Of a stretch of DNA of 64,000 nt, positions 61,349 to 64,000 are shown piece after piece. This DNA is from Ranitomeya imitator (lineage: Eukaryota): assembly GCF_032444005.1 (NCBI RefSeq), contig NC_091286.1, positions 37,634,001 to 37,698,000 of the forward strand. Reading direction: 5' to 3'. The notes under the pieces were generated by a model that searched no databases, was not told where the DNA came from, and was given only the letters and a program-made list of their open reading frames with translations. Positions within the stretch are counted from its first letter, which is position 1; each line of letters starts with the position of its first letter. The position numbers and the translations under genes were made by a program.

Positions 61349-63021
61349 ATAGCGTTCGTGAGAAAAACGTACACAGCTGCAATAACGCGACCAGTGTCTG
61401 ACGAACCTCGGATGGCATGAACCTCTTGTCAAGTTCCCTTTAGGATGAGCATTTTATGAATCCAGCTATAGATTGAGAGAACATGAGTCCAGGTGTGTTC
61501 AGTCTCCGCCAATGTAGCGTGACTTACAGCTGCAACTTGTTCTGAGCAGCGTGAGGTCTCAGCAGCAGCAGGATGGAGGAGGGACACTAAGGATCTGTCA
61601 ATCGGGGTAGATGGGTGGAAATTTAAGTTTAAACTTTTTGAAAGGATAAGAGTCACTGGATTACAAGGGAAGCATCCTCATGTGATACTTTAAAGATCTT
61701 TTAAGTAATATAGATAAAATGTATTGTGAAATCTGGTGACAGATCCTAGAATGTTGAATTGGCCTTTATATGTTTTATAAATGCGTGGCCGAGAAAGGCA
61801 GAATATTTTGGGATTGGTTTAAGATATTGGTGTCAGTCCCTGAAACTCCATTTTCAACAGAAGACTTTGTTTAACGCATTATGATCATGTCATCAGTGCT
61901 GTGTATAAAAAGAGGCGGTCGGTTGCTCGTTTTAATTGCTAAATCGGTCACATTCGTCAGCCGGCTCCCTTCGTGCAAATCTTTGGTCAAGTGTTTCGAC
62001 ATTCTCTGCGTTGAGCACAAACTGGGAGTGGAGCTGCTGGGAGCCCACTGATGTTTGACGATCAAAACACCTCCAATAAGACGTAGACGTTAGCGCTTTT
62101 GTACATTTTTCCTACTAGAAACACCTCTAAACATCATTGTTTTGCAACTGGACAACCCCTTTATCAAACACTTTTTGCGTTTTCCAATGTGAAATGGTAA
62201 CTTATATTTGTTGGCCTAACTTTTCAATAAATATAACTAATATACAATAAAAATAATACTTCATACAGGCAGGTCGGTATAAAACGTTTATGGCCATCTA
62301 ATAGCGCTGGGTTTGGCTGCAAATTTGCACTCTGAATTTTCGTGGATCTGTGTGTAGATTAGCCTCAGTCATTGTGACTAAGTAACTTGTGGCTACCCGA
62401 AGCCACATGACTTTGTGTTCATACGATGTCTCTTTTAGGCAGATTCCCCCTGAAAAAGCGCTGCGAAACTGCAGCAAAAAATTAAGAGTGCACCACAGTG
62501 TAAAAAAAACAGCACTTGAACGTGTTGGGTCTTTTTTTTTTGCTTCTTTTAACCTCTTCAGGGTTCGGACGTTTGAGCTATAGAAAGAAGTGGGCAAAAT
62601 GGCAGGGGAATCAACTTTAGGGAAAAATTTGACGGTCTTCTATATGAAGCGGTTTCGCCTATAAAAACCTTGTCATATCCGCCTGCATCTTAAAGATGGC
62701 GTGTGGACATAACGTAAGGGTCCAACTTTTCATCAGGCGCCAGAATCCTGAGAAAATGTCAAAACTATTCTTTCACATTAGATCTAATGAGTTGATATTC
62801 TAGAGGTTGTGATGAAGTCAGGGGATGGTTATTCATTAATCTCAGATAATGCCACTTTTCTCACTTTTACTCACAAGCGTTTCCTTGACCTTTTATTAAC
62901 TCAATTATTATGACCGTTCAATGAGTGACAATAACAATTGCTGTCTCATTGTAGGATGCAGATTTTACTTTCCGCCATCGCTGCTACTTCTTACACAAAG
63001 TTGGAACGTGTCAGGGTTCAG

Positions 63022-63294
63022 TCAATGGCTCCTCTTCCGTTGGTTGTACATTAATGACCTGTAAGAAAATGTTTTTTAAAAAAATTGTCCACATTTTTGC
63101 TTTAAAAGTGGACCCAAAGTATTTAAAATAAATTCTACTCACTTGCTAATTCCCCCTACCACCCCAATGGCTGCCCTCTGGGGGTGCTGCCAGTTTTTGT
63201 TATCCTTACATTTCACGGATTGTCTACGAACTACAAATTCCTGACGTCCATGGGTCTCGTGACGTCCATGGGTCTCCTGACGTCCATGGGTCTC
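63022..63294 (-). CDS. Candidate exon pair separated by an 84-nt intron (63142-63059), unidentified gene
   Basis: Donor AA|GTGAGT and acceptor TTTTCTTACAG|G; joined frame reads ...KCKDNKNWQHPQRAAIGVVGGISKSLMYNQRKRSH*; upstream acceptor uncertain. Confidence 0.3.
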
Positions 63295-64000
63295 CTGACC
63301 CAAACAAACAGTCGGATGGTATGATGATCCAAACGGACAACCTGAAAAGTGAACTGTCTGAAAATTGTGGACCGTGATATGCATATGCATGAAACCAAAA
63401 ATAGCTGCTGCTCAGTGATGATGATCCAACCTCGCACTCGCGAGTACTACCACCCATGGTAGAACAGTAGACCTGTGACCACTGATGCTAGTTATTAGCA
63501 GGACCACCTAAGTTGGTGGGGAATAAGTGGGGGAGTATAGAGTATTTTACTACTTTTCTGCTTTGGGCACAAACTAAAAAGGTTGGCTATCCTCCTTTAA
63601 GTTCGTTGGGGTTGCATATCCACGTGAGATCATTTTTCTGTCTTATAGGGCATAATTGAACTTTAATATATAGAGTCGTTTTATATAGAGTTGCTTCCTG
63701 CACAGATGACTTCAGAGGTTCTTGGGCTCCTCCGTGGCACAATGACTGCGGCGTCAATAGTGTCGGCACCGATCTGTTCATTCAGCGCCTGGTTCGGCAG
63801 GAACGTGAGAGATGTTACTTTAATGTAAAACCACAGGAAGACACTTTGAAGCTTATGGTTCTAGCTTGGTCTGTACTATTAGCTACACCATGTACACTGT
63901 GGTTTATCGTTGTATGTCAGTACACTGGTGTATAGTTATTGGTGCATTAATACATTGGTGTATCAGGAAAATTTAAAGAGGTTTTCCAGGATGTAGTATT

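Noticed and set aside
62955-63060. Plus-strand exon (TTGTAG|...|GTAAGA)
   Set aside because: The apparent donor is better explained as the reverse complement of the strong minus-strand acceptor TTTTCTTACAG.

Overview
Eukaryotic, repeat-dense genomic DNA. The TE families and microsatellites suggest a frog (inference). There are no prokaryotic-type genes, rRNA/tRNA genes or CRISPR arrays. The window is dominated by mobile DNA: a near-complete DIRS1-type tyrosine-recombinase retrotransposon (33303-38804); a full-length CR1 LINE (about 48030-52252); four Tc1/mariner elements, one fully intact (15515-17126); two non-autonomous Helitrons; a 4.8-kb TTAA-flanked piggyBac-like non-autonomous element carrying telomeric repeats; a solo LTR; MITEs; L2/SINE remnants; and several tandem arrays, including a 6.7-kb 56-bp satellite with higher-order structure. 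A CpG-island promoter at about 4.7-5.4 kb drives a minus-strand gene and perhaps a plus-strand gene. Scattered candidate host exons exist, but I could not identify the host genes. The most unusual signal is a DIRS gag ORF split by phase-0 GT-AG introns, with two alternative in-frame first exons that both join a zinc-finger exon.
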